Positions 40,432-52,684 of a DNA stretch of 64,000 bases are shown here, one piece after another. Numbering within the stretch: position 1 is the stretch's first letter; each line of letters starts with the position of its first letter. The notes under the pieces were generated by a model, which was not told the DNA's origin, did not search any database, and saw only the letters and a list, made by a program, of their open reading frames with translations. Origin of the DNA: Eledone cirrhosa (Eukaryota); the NCBI GenBank assembly GCA_964016885.1, contig OZ024740.1:172670001-172734000 (forward strand), written 5' to 3'. The position numbers and the translations under genes are program-made.

Positions 40432-40489
40432 CATACATATATATATATATATATTCATTAGCGTTTCTGAATTTGTTTAGCAAGATTCT

Positions 40490-42104
40490 TTATCTGAAAA
40501 CGTGTGTTGAAACCGATATTGTTATACTTTGGGAGGTCATGTTGCCAATAAGAAACACACGCACCACATGCTTTCACTCCAATTTATTATAAATTGAATT
40601 ATAAATTTAAAAAATTTATAAATTTCCCGTTGGCTGGTTGGTTCCACAACCGGACGGTTGTTCATTTATTGTCAAAGTTCTTTCGTCACACATTATGTGA
40701 CCTCTTCAGTGACTGGGGATTCTTTTCTTTGTTTTGTGCCTCTCCTTTGTTCTGTCCTACGCCATCTTGTTTTTGTGTGTGTTGTGTGCTTAGTTTGCGC
40801 ATGTGTTACATCCGGGTGTCTGTGTGTGTTTTTATTTGTTTATTTATTTGTTTATTTACATGTTACTGGTTGGATTGTTTGTTCTATGTGTGTGTGTTTT
40901 CATTTTGTCCTTAATTGTAAGTTGTGATGTTGTTATTCCATTCATGTTTTCTATTTAATTTTGGTTGGAGTTCATTTATGTTTATTGCCTCTGTGATTTG
41001 TCTAAACATTGCGTCTTTTCTGTGTGTAGATTTTATTTTTATTTCTATGTTTTCTAATTTGCCCTTATGTTCTATTTTAGCATGTTGGTGGAGTACTGAT
41101 GATTCGTTTCTATCTTGAAGCTCTCGCCAGTGTTCATTTAATCGTTCTCCTATACTACGAGCTGTCTCACCTATGTACACTATATTCTTATCTTTACATT
41201 GTCCTTCAGTACATATTATGCTATATACTACATTTCTAGTTTTACAGTTAATATACAGGGAGTTCTTTCTACTATCTTAATATTTAGTTTAAGTTTATCT
41301 AGGGCCCTTCTAAATTTGTAAGTTAATTCATCGCTGATTCTGCTGAGGAGGTCCTCCGTGCTTTCACATATATCTGGGGACATTTCAATGATGGAGCGTA
41401 CGATCAGGGAGAGGAAGTAGGAAAGTCTGTAGTTACTAGCAATGTTAGCTCCACTGACTGGCCGTGTTGGTGTCCTGTGACTGGGTCACTGTTCGTCTTA
41501 TGGTCTTTTCGAAGCCCATACAACGCTGGCACGTCATTTTTCCAGGCCTGGAAGTTTTTGGCAGTCCGTTTTTTGGGGCTGCATTATGTTTTTCCACATC
41601 ATCATATGAGCGTTGAGGGTTTTCTTCCTATCCTCATGCTCTTATGGTGTTACTTCTCTTGTGTTAGTGATGTGGGTTGCAATGCCTGGATGTAGTTTGA
41701 CAGACTGTCAACCGACATTCTGCCTGACTTGTCTGTTGGAAAGCATGCAATCTCTCCATTACGTCAGCGCTGCATGAGCTTACGCAAGCCATTTGCGGAT
41801 TTTTCACCCAATTGCTGGGCCTCCATTCTATTTTGCGTCTTGCTATACTGTTCTATAATATTTCTAAGTTTAGATCTTGCTATATTAAATTGTGCTTCTG
41901 TTTGTTCATCAACATTTTAATTTATAATAAATTGGAGTGAAAGCAACTGGTGCGTGTGTTTCTCATTGGAAACATGACTCTCCCAAAGTCTAACAATATA
42001 TATACATATATAAAAGACAGCGAGAAGCAAAAACCAACCAAACAGTGAGTGTGTTCTGTTATTAATTCTGGCAATATTACGCAAATATGACCCTCCCCAA
42101 GTAT

Positions 42105-42110
<6 letters not shown>
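40490..42110 (-). mobile_element. Internally deleted Penelope-like element (RT N-terminal motifs, GIY-YIG, 3' HHR) with inverted end fragments
   Basis: PTDKSG, VPALYGLRKDHK, TRPVSG (41400-41750); NVVYSIIC..VYIGETARSIGERLNEH..RQITEAI.I..LQPKLNRKHE (40911-41240). The terminal motif at 40515-40565 is inverted at 41948-42000. Confidence 0.88.
40671..40713 (-). ncRNA. Type I hammerhead in the PLE 3' region
   Basis: GTCA-CTGAAGA-G-GTCAC-ATAATGT-GTGAC-GAAA-GAAC-TT-TGAC; stem I GTCA/TGAC. Confidence 0.75.
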
Positions 42111-42196
<86 letters not shown>

Positions 42197-42496
42197 ATAT
42201 ACATATATATATATATACATATATATTACATGTAGGTATGTGTGTGTGCGCTTATTATATACGTATTTATTTATTTATATACGTTTATATAATTATTTAT
42301 TTATTTGTATACACGCATACACACACACACATATTTATATGTGCGTGGTTTTGTATACCTATGGTAAGTGTTTTGCGTATGCTTGTGTATGTACGTATTT
42401 GTTTGCGTGTATGTATTTATTTTTTTCTATTACTTCTGTATTGTATTTATTTACTTTGCTCTTAACTCTGTAGCGGAGATTCATTCGGTCTCCTAG

Positions 42497-42921
42497 TTAG
42501 AATTTTAGTCTACGACCTCTGCTATACCATTTACGTGGTTTTGTCTTTGCGTGCTATTGTTCTCCACGCTCCACATATGACGTATTATCTTCGTTTTTTT
42601 TCGCTCATTGCCAGAGAACGTCTCTATGTACCACCTAAGAGAACATTAGTCTACGACCTCTTTTATACCATAAACGTGGTTCTGTCTTTGCGCGTAATTG
42701 TTTTTCACCGCTCCTATTAATGACGTATTATATTCGTTTTTTCCCGTTCTTTGCCAGCGAACGTTTCCACGAACCAAAGTATCGTCTTCCTGTCTTCCTC
42801 CGGTTGCAACGTTTTTTGAAATATCCACTTCTGCGTTTACAGATTGACTTTGTTAGTCTCAGAAGATCCCGTTAAGGGTGAAAGCAGCGATTCTTTGCTT
42901 AAACTTTAACCTGTTATTTTA

Positions 42922-42925
<4 letters not shown>
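42497..42925 (+). mobile_element. Family C non-coding element ending in an HHR-like fold and (TA)n
   Basis: Homologous to 61322-61735 and 57730-57830(-). Confidence 0.75.
42855..42905 (+). ncRNA. Type I hammerhead, U4A variant (copies at 61631-61681+, 60694-60744+, 26372-26415-)
   Basis: AGT(C/T)T-CAGAAGA-T-CCC-GTTAA-GGG-T-GAAA-GCA-GCGATTCTT-TGC-TT-AAACT; all three stems form. Confidence 0.7.
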
Positions 42926-43000
<75 letters not shown>

Positions 43001-43015
43001 TATATACATACACAC

Positions 43016-43134
<119 letters not shown>

Positions 43135-43157
43135 TATATGCCCACAAACATATATGT

Positions 43158-44252
43158 ACCAGATAGAAAAATGCGTACAGCAAAAAAAAGTAATATTGTT
43201 GGAATATAAACCTTTAAAAATACAGGACAAGAAACTAAAATAAAACTTTAAAAGAATAGGACAAGAAACTAAGATAAGACTTTAAAACAATAGGACAAGA
43301 AACTAAGATAAAACTTTAAAGAATTGGACAAGAAATAAAAAATGTTACAATAATATTAGTGGCAAAATTTTTATTGGTAAAAAATCGAGTTCCACATTCA
43401 TAGGCTCTGGGTTCCACATTCAGAGGTCGTCGTCAGATCGGGGGGATCATTTGATCCTGGTTTAAACACCAATTGGGCCATAACCATACCCCTATTTCAT
43501 CATTCGGCGACACGCCTCATGTGTCATGCATAATGTGAATGGACCCATGGGCCCATGAGCACAGATCTTGAGCAGCAGCGGACGGTCTTGTCGTCCCGCT
43601 CATCCTTGATCTTGACCAACCCGTCCATCTTCTCCTTGCATCTTGTCCTTGAGTTCAAGTCCGGCAGTCCAGATGAATGCGTGCCACAGCTTTCTGGTAC
43701 AGGAAGGGGGAGCAGGAGGACTGGAGGGATGACGGGACTGAGGGAGGGAGGACCGGTGGTTGAGGGAGGTGCCGTAGTCGGTGGTCAGAGTCGACATCTT
43801 GTCCCGGTCGTCTTCTCCATCTTCGTCTGGTGTTGCGGGACCAGAAGTGCATTCTTGGAGGAGACCTGCAGCTGCATCGGCCAATTCTTCTTGCAATGGT
43901 CATTCTGACGGAGCAGAAATGCTCAGCCAACCAACCCCAACCAGAACCAACCGCTCAGGGGCAACGCACAATGAGAGCATGACAATTATTATGCACTAAT
44001 CAAGAAGATACTGGGGCATAGCACAGGAAACGAATAAAAAAATTTTGCCACTAATATTATTGTAAAATTTTTTATTGCTTGTCCAATTCTTTAAAGTTTT
44101 ATCTTAGTTTCTTGTCCTATTCTTTTAAAGTTTTATCTTAGTTTCTTGTCCTATTCTTTTAAAGTTTTATTTTAGTTTCTTGTCCTGTATTTTTAAAGGT
44201 TTATATTCCAACAATATTACTTTTTTTTGCTGTACGCATTTTTCTATCTGGT
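43158..44252. mobile_element. Foldback/MITE-like DNA element with ~220-bp TIRs containing ~33-bp subrepeats and a GC-richer 660-bp core
   Basis: accagatagaaaaatgcgtacagc.. / ..gctgtacgcatttttctatctggt; subrepeat ggacaagaaactaagataaaactttaaaagaata x3-4. Confidence 0.88.
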
Positions 44253-44525
44253 CTACTATTTTTTAAGGCAATGCAAGCAACAACTATCTAATAATTAAAT
44301 GATCATAGTGAATTACTGACAAGTGATTGGCATTTTAAAGTTCTTTTGAGTATAATTGCAATCTAGTTGAGGCAACTGGCTTAATGACAAAGCTAGTAAA
44401 TCATGAATGCATTTGAGATGATTAGTGCATAATAGTGAATTGGTGAAACTTGTGCATTTCAATGGTGTTACAACAATAGATGTAAATTATATAGTAGTAA
44501 TACTTTATCATTTTAACTTTTTAGA

Positions 44526-44885
44526 ATGGACAAAAACCCATGCAAAGAAATGACTTTGACTGCAGTGATTCTCTCCAATTTACTTACAAAGCAAAACGTG
44601 GTCAAATACCTTATCATCTTTGATAAAATGCCCATTGAATCACTGAAAATCGGATGCATGGAATTCCTCATAAAATGCACCTATGAATCGGAAGCCATCA
44701 CATATATCAATGGATATAGGGAGTTGTTCACACTGGAAGACCATCACTTCATTTGTGACTTCATCAGTTATCTCCACGATTATCTCAGACACCCAATGCC
44801 TTTGATGAGAGGTGATCCAATGTGTGAGCATGTAATTAATCTTATAGAAGTTGTTATCGACCACCTGGCTTTTAGTGACATTTGA
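44526..44885 (+). CDS. Orphan 119-aa ORF/terminal exon, unknown function
   Basis: Open, non-repetitive ORF in AT-rich DNA, preceded by an acceptor-like ttttag and followed by AATAAA at 44971. Confidence 0.5.
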   Translation: MDKNPCKEMTLTAVILSNLLTKQNVVKYLIIFDKMPIESLKIGCMEFLIKCTYESEAITYINGYRELFTLEDHHFICDFISYLHDYLRHPMPLMRGDPMCEHVINLIEVVIDHLAFSDI

Positions 44886-45065
44886 CTGATTTGACTGATA
44901 ATGATGTATTTTTAAAAAGTATGTGTACATTCTTGTTACTATTTTAAGGCAATGCAAGCAACAACTATTTAATAAAATTTAAATTTAAAAATGACCATTG
45001 TGCATTACTAGTATGATGACATTTTATTAAGTCACAAAATTAGTCAGTCAGCCATAGAACAAGGA

Positions 45066-45861
45066 TCAGGTGGCAAAAACATTGGCAAAAATTTGTGTCA
45101 ATTTAAGATTTCCAACATTGTTCAAATGAATCATATCTGGTTTGAAGTCAGATTTGTCAAATTTTGACCAATTTTCAATGTTGTGAAGATTGGGCAAGTT
45201 CAATTTTTGAATCATTTCTTTCATGCAGTAATTAAACTTTTCCAAAGGAGAATTTCTCTTGCCCAAGTCATTTTTATTTTCAATTACACTTTGTGGACGT
45301 GGAATGACACCACTGTAGAAAATGGGTGTACAGTGGTGCTTTTCCGCTATTTTCTGTAGCCTTGCAAAGAGACTCTTCCCCTGTTTTTCCGGTTTTGTGC
45401 CTCGAATGGGCACTTTGTCCTTAATTTACAAATAAATGATTAAAAAAAAATACTTGGGCAAAAATTATTGTATTACTTTGCACAGCTTTGTAGTGCCAAC
45501 GGTGCGACGAGGATTCAGATCATTAGAACCGACATGAACCACCAATACTTTCACAAAAGGACAACAGATAACAATGTTGGCGATTAACATTACCTGGCCT
45601 TGACGGGCCCCAGGTATACAAAATATCTAAGTATTTTTGTTGGTATGATAAGTAAATACATTTGAATTAATATTTTTATACCTTCTGGTCATTCGATTTC
45701 GCCACATTTCTAATTATGGATTTGTAAAAACTGGCATGAATGTGAATTTGATCAGTCCAATTGCCCGATTTTAGTGAAAAGTTTTGATTCGAAATGGAAA
45801 TACTCCATTTCCGTGCCATGGAAAAATTGAATAAGCCGATCAAAAAGCCGCGAAACATCAT
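45066..45861 (-). CDS. Spliced SGNH/GDSL hydrolase (esterase)-like gene, ~227 aa; exons 45861-45682, 45626-45477, 45419-45066
   Basis: Two phase-0 GT..AG introns (55 and 57 bp) join block I-like KSIIRNV, block II CIPGAR, block III VVHVGSNDL, SGVIPR and block V DMIHLN..G in order with no stops. AATAAA lies ~40 bp after the stop. The first exon boundary is less certain. Confidence 0.8.
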
Positions 45862-46900
45862 TTTTAATTAAGCGAAATTAGTGGATGCAAATCTCAGAAA
45901 ATATTGTACACTATTCGCACCTATCGCACTATTCGCACCTATCGGTACAAAAATATAGCGCACTATTCGCACCTATCGGTACAAAAAATCGCACGACTGT
46001 TAATAATACTAGAAGTGTAAACTATCTGTTGAATACCTGGTATATGAAGAGCAACCGATACGATCGGTCGGCGATCGGTCTTGAAGAAGAATGAAGAATG
46101 AAGTGAAATGTTGGTCTGGTTGTTGTCATCGGTGTTTCGCAGAGATGCCGGCACGAACAAAGGTGTCAGTGACACAAAGTTGTCCGCTTGAACAAAGGTG
46201 TCGGTCCGACAAAGGTGTCAGTCAGACAAACAGTCAGACAGTGTCACAGTCGGTGCGACAAAGCGATCGATGCGATTAAAAAAAATTTAACTCACATGTT
46301 TACCTATATTTTCGCAAACTATTGATAGATTGGTACAAAAAATAGCTTTGATAATAAACATAAATTTTTAACGAAGTATTTAAAAAGCATTTTAGCAGTG
46401 AAAAGTGAACTAATGTTTCACACTGACGCAAGTAGGGCCGTTCAGAAATGACATAGTCAATTAGGAGGAGGGGATTCGGCGATTTGACTACATTTGACTA
46501 ACGTAATCACAATCACAAGAGTTCCGCCGAAAAAAATTCGTCATTTCTGGATTACCTCCCCTAGCGTCACGCTTACTACTCACTCACTTGAACACAAGAT
46601 TTATCAGCAAAGTTTGATTATAAACTTTTTCCCGCTGGACCAAATTTCTAGGTTTTTAAGCCAAAAGATGCGTAATGATATACTGTTCATGCTCATATAA
46701 GTTTTATCTCAGTTAAATAAAGTAGAGCCGCGCTGTACTGTCGTAAACAGACAATTGCCAACGAAAACACGACCACAACAATATTACTAAACGGACTACC
46801 GTCCGTTTAGGATATGTATAAATATTATAATATATATATATATATGTATATGTGCGTGTGTGTCTGTGTGTATAGAGATATGTAAAATCAGACCGCGGCG

Positions 46901-46941
<41 letters not shown>

Positions 46942-47000
46942 CAAACATACACACACACAATTACACACACACACACACACACACACACAACACAGGTATT

Positions 47001-47078
<78 letters not shown>

Positions 47079-47519
47079 AGTGTCTGTGTGTTTATATCAG
47101 TGAAACCCTATCTGCTCATCTGTCAAAAGACACGAGAGGTAGAGTAAACTACTTTGTATGTTTATTACGTATAGGGTGTCAAGTGTAGCACGTGCGTCTC
47201 TTAGGAGTTTCCATCCAGTTTGTTGTCTTTATTTTTTCTATTTTTGTACAATGGTTTGAAATTTCTAATTGAGATAACTAATAATTTTTATGTTGTGGTG
47301 GAGCTGGTGTTGGTGGGGGATTTTCATTATAAACACCAAAGTTAATGAAAACTAGAATATTGAAATTCACTGAAATTCCTTGTAATCGATTCGATTTACA
47401 AATGTATTTTACATTAAAAAAATTACATTTCAATTTCAATTGTATTTTAAATTAAATATTTTTGTTGTTTTTAAGTTTATTTCAGAATATCGGTCTTCCC
47501 ATTTGGTAGTTGTTATGTA

Positions 47520-47700
47520 AAGGCATAAGGCTTAGTTGTTAGAGTATTGGACTCACGATCGTAATGTCGTGGGTTCGATTCCTGTACCGGACAGCGCGTA
47601 GTGTTCTTGAGAAAAACACTTAATTGTACGTTGCGTTTCATGATAGGATTGGCACCCCTATGGTGAAAAAACTCAAGAAACCTAGTATGAGATGCCAGCA
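47520..47700 (+). mobile_element. tRNA-derived SINE head (second family; other relics near 34690-, 52200-, 53430+)
   Basis: aggcttagttgttagag (A box) .. gggttcgattcc (B box); not a complete cloverleaf. Confidence 0.6.
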
Positions 47701-47869
47701 CCTACATAGGTGTGAGTTGTAAATTTCGTTTGAAAAAATCAGTGCATATACAGGAGGCAGTGGAAGCATTTCTGAATTGAGGGGGCGGAGGCAAATTTGG
47801 TCAATTTAGTTGTAGTGATTAGTTCAGCTTTTTGCCCTCTAAAACGGTCAGAAAACGTCAATATCCGAT

Positions 47870-50745
47870 AAACTCATTCCTTCTCACTCTATTCATTACC
47901 ACCAAACTCTCCCCCTCTCTATATCTATCAATACCTATCTCTATCAATTCTCTCACTCTATTCATTACCACCAAACTCTCCCCCTCTCTATATCTACTAT
48001 ACAGAACTCTCTTCCAAAACTCCTCATATCAATTAACATCAAACTCTCCCACTCTTTATATCTACTATACAGAACTCTCTTCCAATACTGCTCTCTATAT
48101 CAAGTAATATCAAACTCTCCCCCTCTCTATATCTACTACACGGAACTCTCTTCCAATCCCCCTCTCTATATCAATAAACATCAATATCTCCCCCTCTCTA
48201 TAACTAAGATACAACGCACTCTTTCAACTCCCTTCTCTATATCTAATATAAAACACACTCTTTCACCCCCCCCCTCAATATATCTATCATACAACACTCT
48301 CTCTCACTCCCTCTCTATCCATCACTACCAAACTCTCCCTCTCTCTATATCTATCAATACCTATTTCTATCAATCCTCTCACTTTATTCATTACCACCAA
48401 ACTCCCCTTCTTTACGTCAACCATACAACATTCTCTCCCAATCCCCCTCTCTATTAATTAACCTTAAACTTTTCCCCTCCCTATATTTGCTACAGAACTC
48501 TCTTCCCAAACCCCTCTCTATATCAATTAACACCAAGCGCAGACATGCGCAATCCCGTCCAGGTCCATACACGACAACCTCCACCTCATGCGATACATCG
48601 TAGAGAGGGTAGGGAACGAACCCGGCTTTGGTGGGGCCCTGATCAACTTGGATCAATCTAAAGCGTTCCATAGGGTTGACCATCGGTACCTGGATGCGGT
48701 GCTCGCGGCGGCAGGCTTCGGACCCGTTTTCAGGGGCTGGATTGCTGCAATGCACAGCAGCAACACCTGCTCGAGGGTCAAGGTGAACGGCTACGTCTCG
48801 GAGCCGTTCCAAATCACGCGATCCATTCGACAGGGATGCCCTCTCTCCTTCCTCCTGTATGTGCTGGCTCTCGAGCCACTACTGAGGAAGCTGGAGCTGT
48901 TGCAGGGCATCCCCTTGGAACCGGGATTGCGGAAAGCGGTGTCGGCCTACGCCGATGACGTGACAGTAATGGTGTCGTGCGCCTCGGAAATCGGGCAGAT
49001 CGGCACCTTACTGGAGGAATATGAAAGGTTCACAGGAGCCAAGCTGAACCGGGACAAGTCCGTCGGTTTGCAACTCGGGACGTGGAGGGGCAAAACGATG
49101 CCCTCCGACGGCATCGTCGGACGCTGGACGGAGGGACCGGTGAAGCTGCTCGGGGTCTGGTTCGGACCGGACCTCCAGGTGGAGAAAAACTGGGACGAGG
49201 TAACGAGCAAGGTGTTTGCACTCGCCCAGAAGTGGGCCGAGTGCAAACTATCCCTGAAAGGTCGAGCAGAGGTGGCGAACGCTTATATAGCGTCCGTCAT
49301 CTACTACCGCTTGACCGTCGTGCCTTGCCCAGAGAAAACACTCGCCAAAATGGAGCGCGCGCTCTTCCGATTTCTTTGGAAGAAGCGGGCTCCTTTGGTG
49401 AGAAGATTCATCTGCTGTCAACACCCTTCGAACGGAGGGCTGGGGAAGCCGTGGCTGACGATGCGTAGACACGCATTAAGGCTACGGCACCTCCAGGTAT
49501 TCCTCACCGGTCAGCCGGTGTGGGCCCTGTTTGTGAGGCGAGCCTTTCCGAGACTCGTCTCACTCACCGAGCTGCAATCCTGGGTCAAGCAAAGACCGAG
49601 AAAAGTGGGCGACTGGCACATTGAATGTGCCCAGGCGCTCACGGCCCTCTGGCAAGCGGATCCGGCAATCAGTGGAGACTAAACCTCAACATTCTATAGA
49701 GGGTTGGTGCGCAGTAAGTGCGACGACGCTCTCGGAGAGGCTCTGGGCATGGAGGAAGACGAGCTGGCCAGTCTATTCGGTAGGACGTTTGGCCCGGGAC
49801 CGATGGACAACTTCCAAAAGTCCCTGGCTTGGCAATGTTACGGAGGAGCTCTACCCGTTCGGGAGAAGCTCTACAGACACGGACGCCCGGGTAGGGACCC
49901 CTCGAAGAAGATCTGTCCAAGATGCGTGCGGGACGAGGAAACCGTCGCACACGCATTCGTACACTGCCCGGGCGTTGCTGACCTGTGGGGCTATGTAGAA
50001 CGACTACTGTCGCGGGTGGGACCAATCCGGTTGACCACCGAAAACATTGTCACAATCAAACCGCCTCCCCCTTTCAAAAACGAAGGAGAGGCGGTTTTCC
50101 TCTGTGTGATAGCCATGGCGAAAGAAGTTGTATGGTGGACAAGGTTGAAAGGGCTGAGGTCAGACACCTATCTCTCCGGCCAACAACTGGTCTTTTTTTT
50201 CAAGTACCACTTTAGAAGAAGGATCAGAATGGAGAGAGAGGTGCTCTGCCCCAGCAAGTTTTATGAAAGATGCGTGAAAGTAACGAGAATGGCCCGAGTG
50301 AATGGGCCTTCTCTCTATATCAGCCTGTAGGTGAGAGAGGAGAAGAATGAGAAGAGGAAGGAAGCACTTGCTCTTTGTACTCCTGAAGTGGAGGGTTGCA
50401 CATTTTTTCGGGGGTGTGTGCGACCCATGTCAACGCCCCTCCCTATTGAGGACATCGATTGTTAAATTTAATTTGTTATATGTTTTTTACACGTCTTTTT
50501 AAATGTATGTAAACTCCCCCCTTTGTATTTGTCCCAATCTTTGATGCCCTGGTGGCAAATAAATAGAAACATATATCAATTAACACCAAACTCCCCCTTC
50601 TTTATATCGACTACACGGAACTCTCTTCTAACCCTTCCCTCTATATCAATTAACACGAAACTCTCCTCCTCTCTATATCTACTACACTGAATTCTCTTCC
50701 AATTCTCCTCTATATCAATTAACCAAATTCTCACCTTCTCTATAT
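47870..50745 (+). repeat. Degenerate C/T-rich minisatellite (47870-48536 and 50572-50745) interrupted by a LINE
   Basis: Recurrent caaactctccccctctctatatctacta..gaactctcttccaa units. Confidence 0.8.
48537..50571 (+). mobile_element. Tx1/L1-clade LINE, 5'-truncated, RT plus zf-RVT nearly intact, 18-bp TSD
   Basis: LDQSKAFHRVDH, IRQGCPLS..LY, AYADDV, KLLGV, GGLG, CPRC..ETVAHAFVHC; one in-frame stop at ~49680. TSD tatatcaattaacaccaa at 48519-48536 and 50572-50589. Confidence 0.95.
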
Positions 50746-50937
50746 GTATATAAACATAAATTGTAGCGCATATACAAATAGATGTGTTTTGTTAGTTTGG
50801 GGAGAAAAATATAATTATTGGGGTTCTCCCCAATAATTATATTCGTAGGGATCGAAACTTCCAAAGTTCATCTTAAGAAGAAGAATATACAGCAGTATCT
50901 CTAGACCTTTTCAGCAACATTCGGCCTGGCTTTCAGT

Positions 50938-51595
50938 AATAATTGTTTCTACTTTTGGCACAAGGCCAGCAATTAACCAGTGCATTATTGGTACTTTATT
51001 TTATCGACCCCATAAGGATGAAAGGCAAAGTTAACCTCGGCGGGATTTGAACTCAGTCCGTAAAGGGACGTAACTCTATGCTGGAAAGCATGGCGTCCGA
51101 CCCTCTACCGATACTGTCAAATAATTTCTAGTATTGGCAGATAGCTAGTAATTTTTTGTTGGAGGAGAGTCGATCAAATCGACCCCAGTACGTTACTGGT
51201 ACTTTATTTTAACCAACCCGTAAGGATGAAAAGCAAAGTTAACCTTGGTGGGATTTGAACTCAGAACATAAAGGGCCATAACTCTATGACGCAAAGCATG
51301 TTTCCGGTGCCCAACCGATACTGCTAATCCACCGCCCTAATACAAGCAAAATAATGGAGGATATGCTAGTCAGGTTTGAGGTTCTGGTTTGGCAGTATTG
51401 GTGGAGGTCGGATGCCATTCTTTGTAGCACATAGTTACAGCCCTTTACGTTGTGTTCAAATCCGGTCGAGGTTAACTTTGCCTTTCATCCTTACGGGGTC
51501 GATAAAATAAAGCACCAGTAACGTACTGGGTCGATTTAATCGACTCCCCCCACCAAATTACTGGCCTTGTGCCTATACTAGAAATCATTATTATT
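50938..51595. mobile_element. Cluster of three Meta-like SINEs (50938-51117-, 51120-51337-, 51385-51595+)
   Basis: Core gcctttcatccttacggggtcgataaaataaag on both strands. Confidence 0.85.
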
Positions 51596-51596
51596 A

Positions 51597-51667
<71 letters not shown>

Positions 51668-52427
51668 TCAGCCGGCTGTACTTTACAGAAGTAGCGAATA
51701 AAAGGGCTGATTTATAGCTGGTTGATGTTGGGAGACAAGTCGGGGCCTGACGTTAGCTCGATCACCCTGGCAAATGTGCATGTTGTTGAAAGACCGAAAC
51801 ACACAATAACCCTAAGCCACATTACTGATGATGCGTGTCAGCTCATATACGAAGAGTTAGTTAAGTTACACTTGAGGTGGGAAGCAGAAGACGAATAAGT
51901 GCCTAAAAATTGTAAGAAACACAGAGAGAAAGAAAGAGAAAGAAAGAAGGAGTGAGAGAAAAAGAGGTTGAGGGACAAAACGTGAAGCAAACGGAAAGAG
52001 GAAAAATGTTTTGAAGGAAGGTTTTGAAAGAATAAGAGAAACTCAGCGAAGAGAAGTCGGGCTGCAGAGGCTTCTTTAAAAGAACCTGAAAAGAAAGTGA
52101 GACTGTATCAACGCATAAGACAGAGCTACTTTTTGAAACAGAAGCAAGAAAGTAAAATAAAGGGCTTTGTTCAAAGACGCGACATGTAAACCACTAAAGC
52201 GCTCGAACCCACAACATCAAGATTGTGATCCCAACAATTTGGCTGTCCACCTTCTCATATGTACACACACACACACACACATATATATGTGTATGTGTGT
52301 ATATATAAATATATATACATATATTGCAGATAGCGATTTTAAGACGCATCCAACCACATACTAGCCAATGAAATACTTGGAATAGACCCTACTGTATAGC
52401 TTATCCCTGTTATTTTTCATTCCTTCA

Positions 52428-52521
<94 letters not shown>

Positions 52522-52643
52522 CTACTTAAAACATTTGTATATACTTTTCTTTCATGCATTATATATAAAATGTAGATGTGAGAGTGTGAATACGTTATGA
52601 AGTTATGGAAAATATACGTGTGTATATATGTATGCATATGACT

Positions 52644-52684
<41 letters not shown>

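Noticed and set aside
40490-40525. CTGAAAA-cgtgtgtt-GAAAC..GTT motif (also at 53710)
   Set aside because: No convincing stem II and only a 3-bp AT stem I.
44253-46434. CTACT...AGTAG as TIRs of the esterase island
   Set aside because: Only 5 bp, the left copy overlaps an internal direct repeat, and there is no TSD; probably chance.
47520-47600. Possible tRNA gene
   Set aside because: A and B boxes are present but the acceptor stem and cloverleaf are incomplete and the sequence runs into a SINE body.
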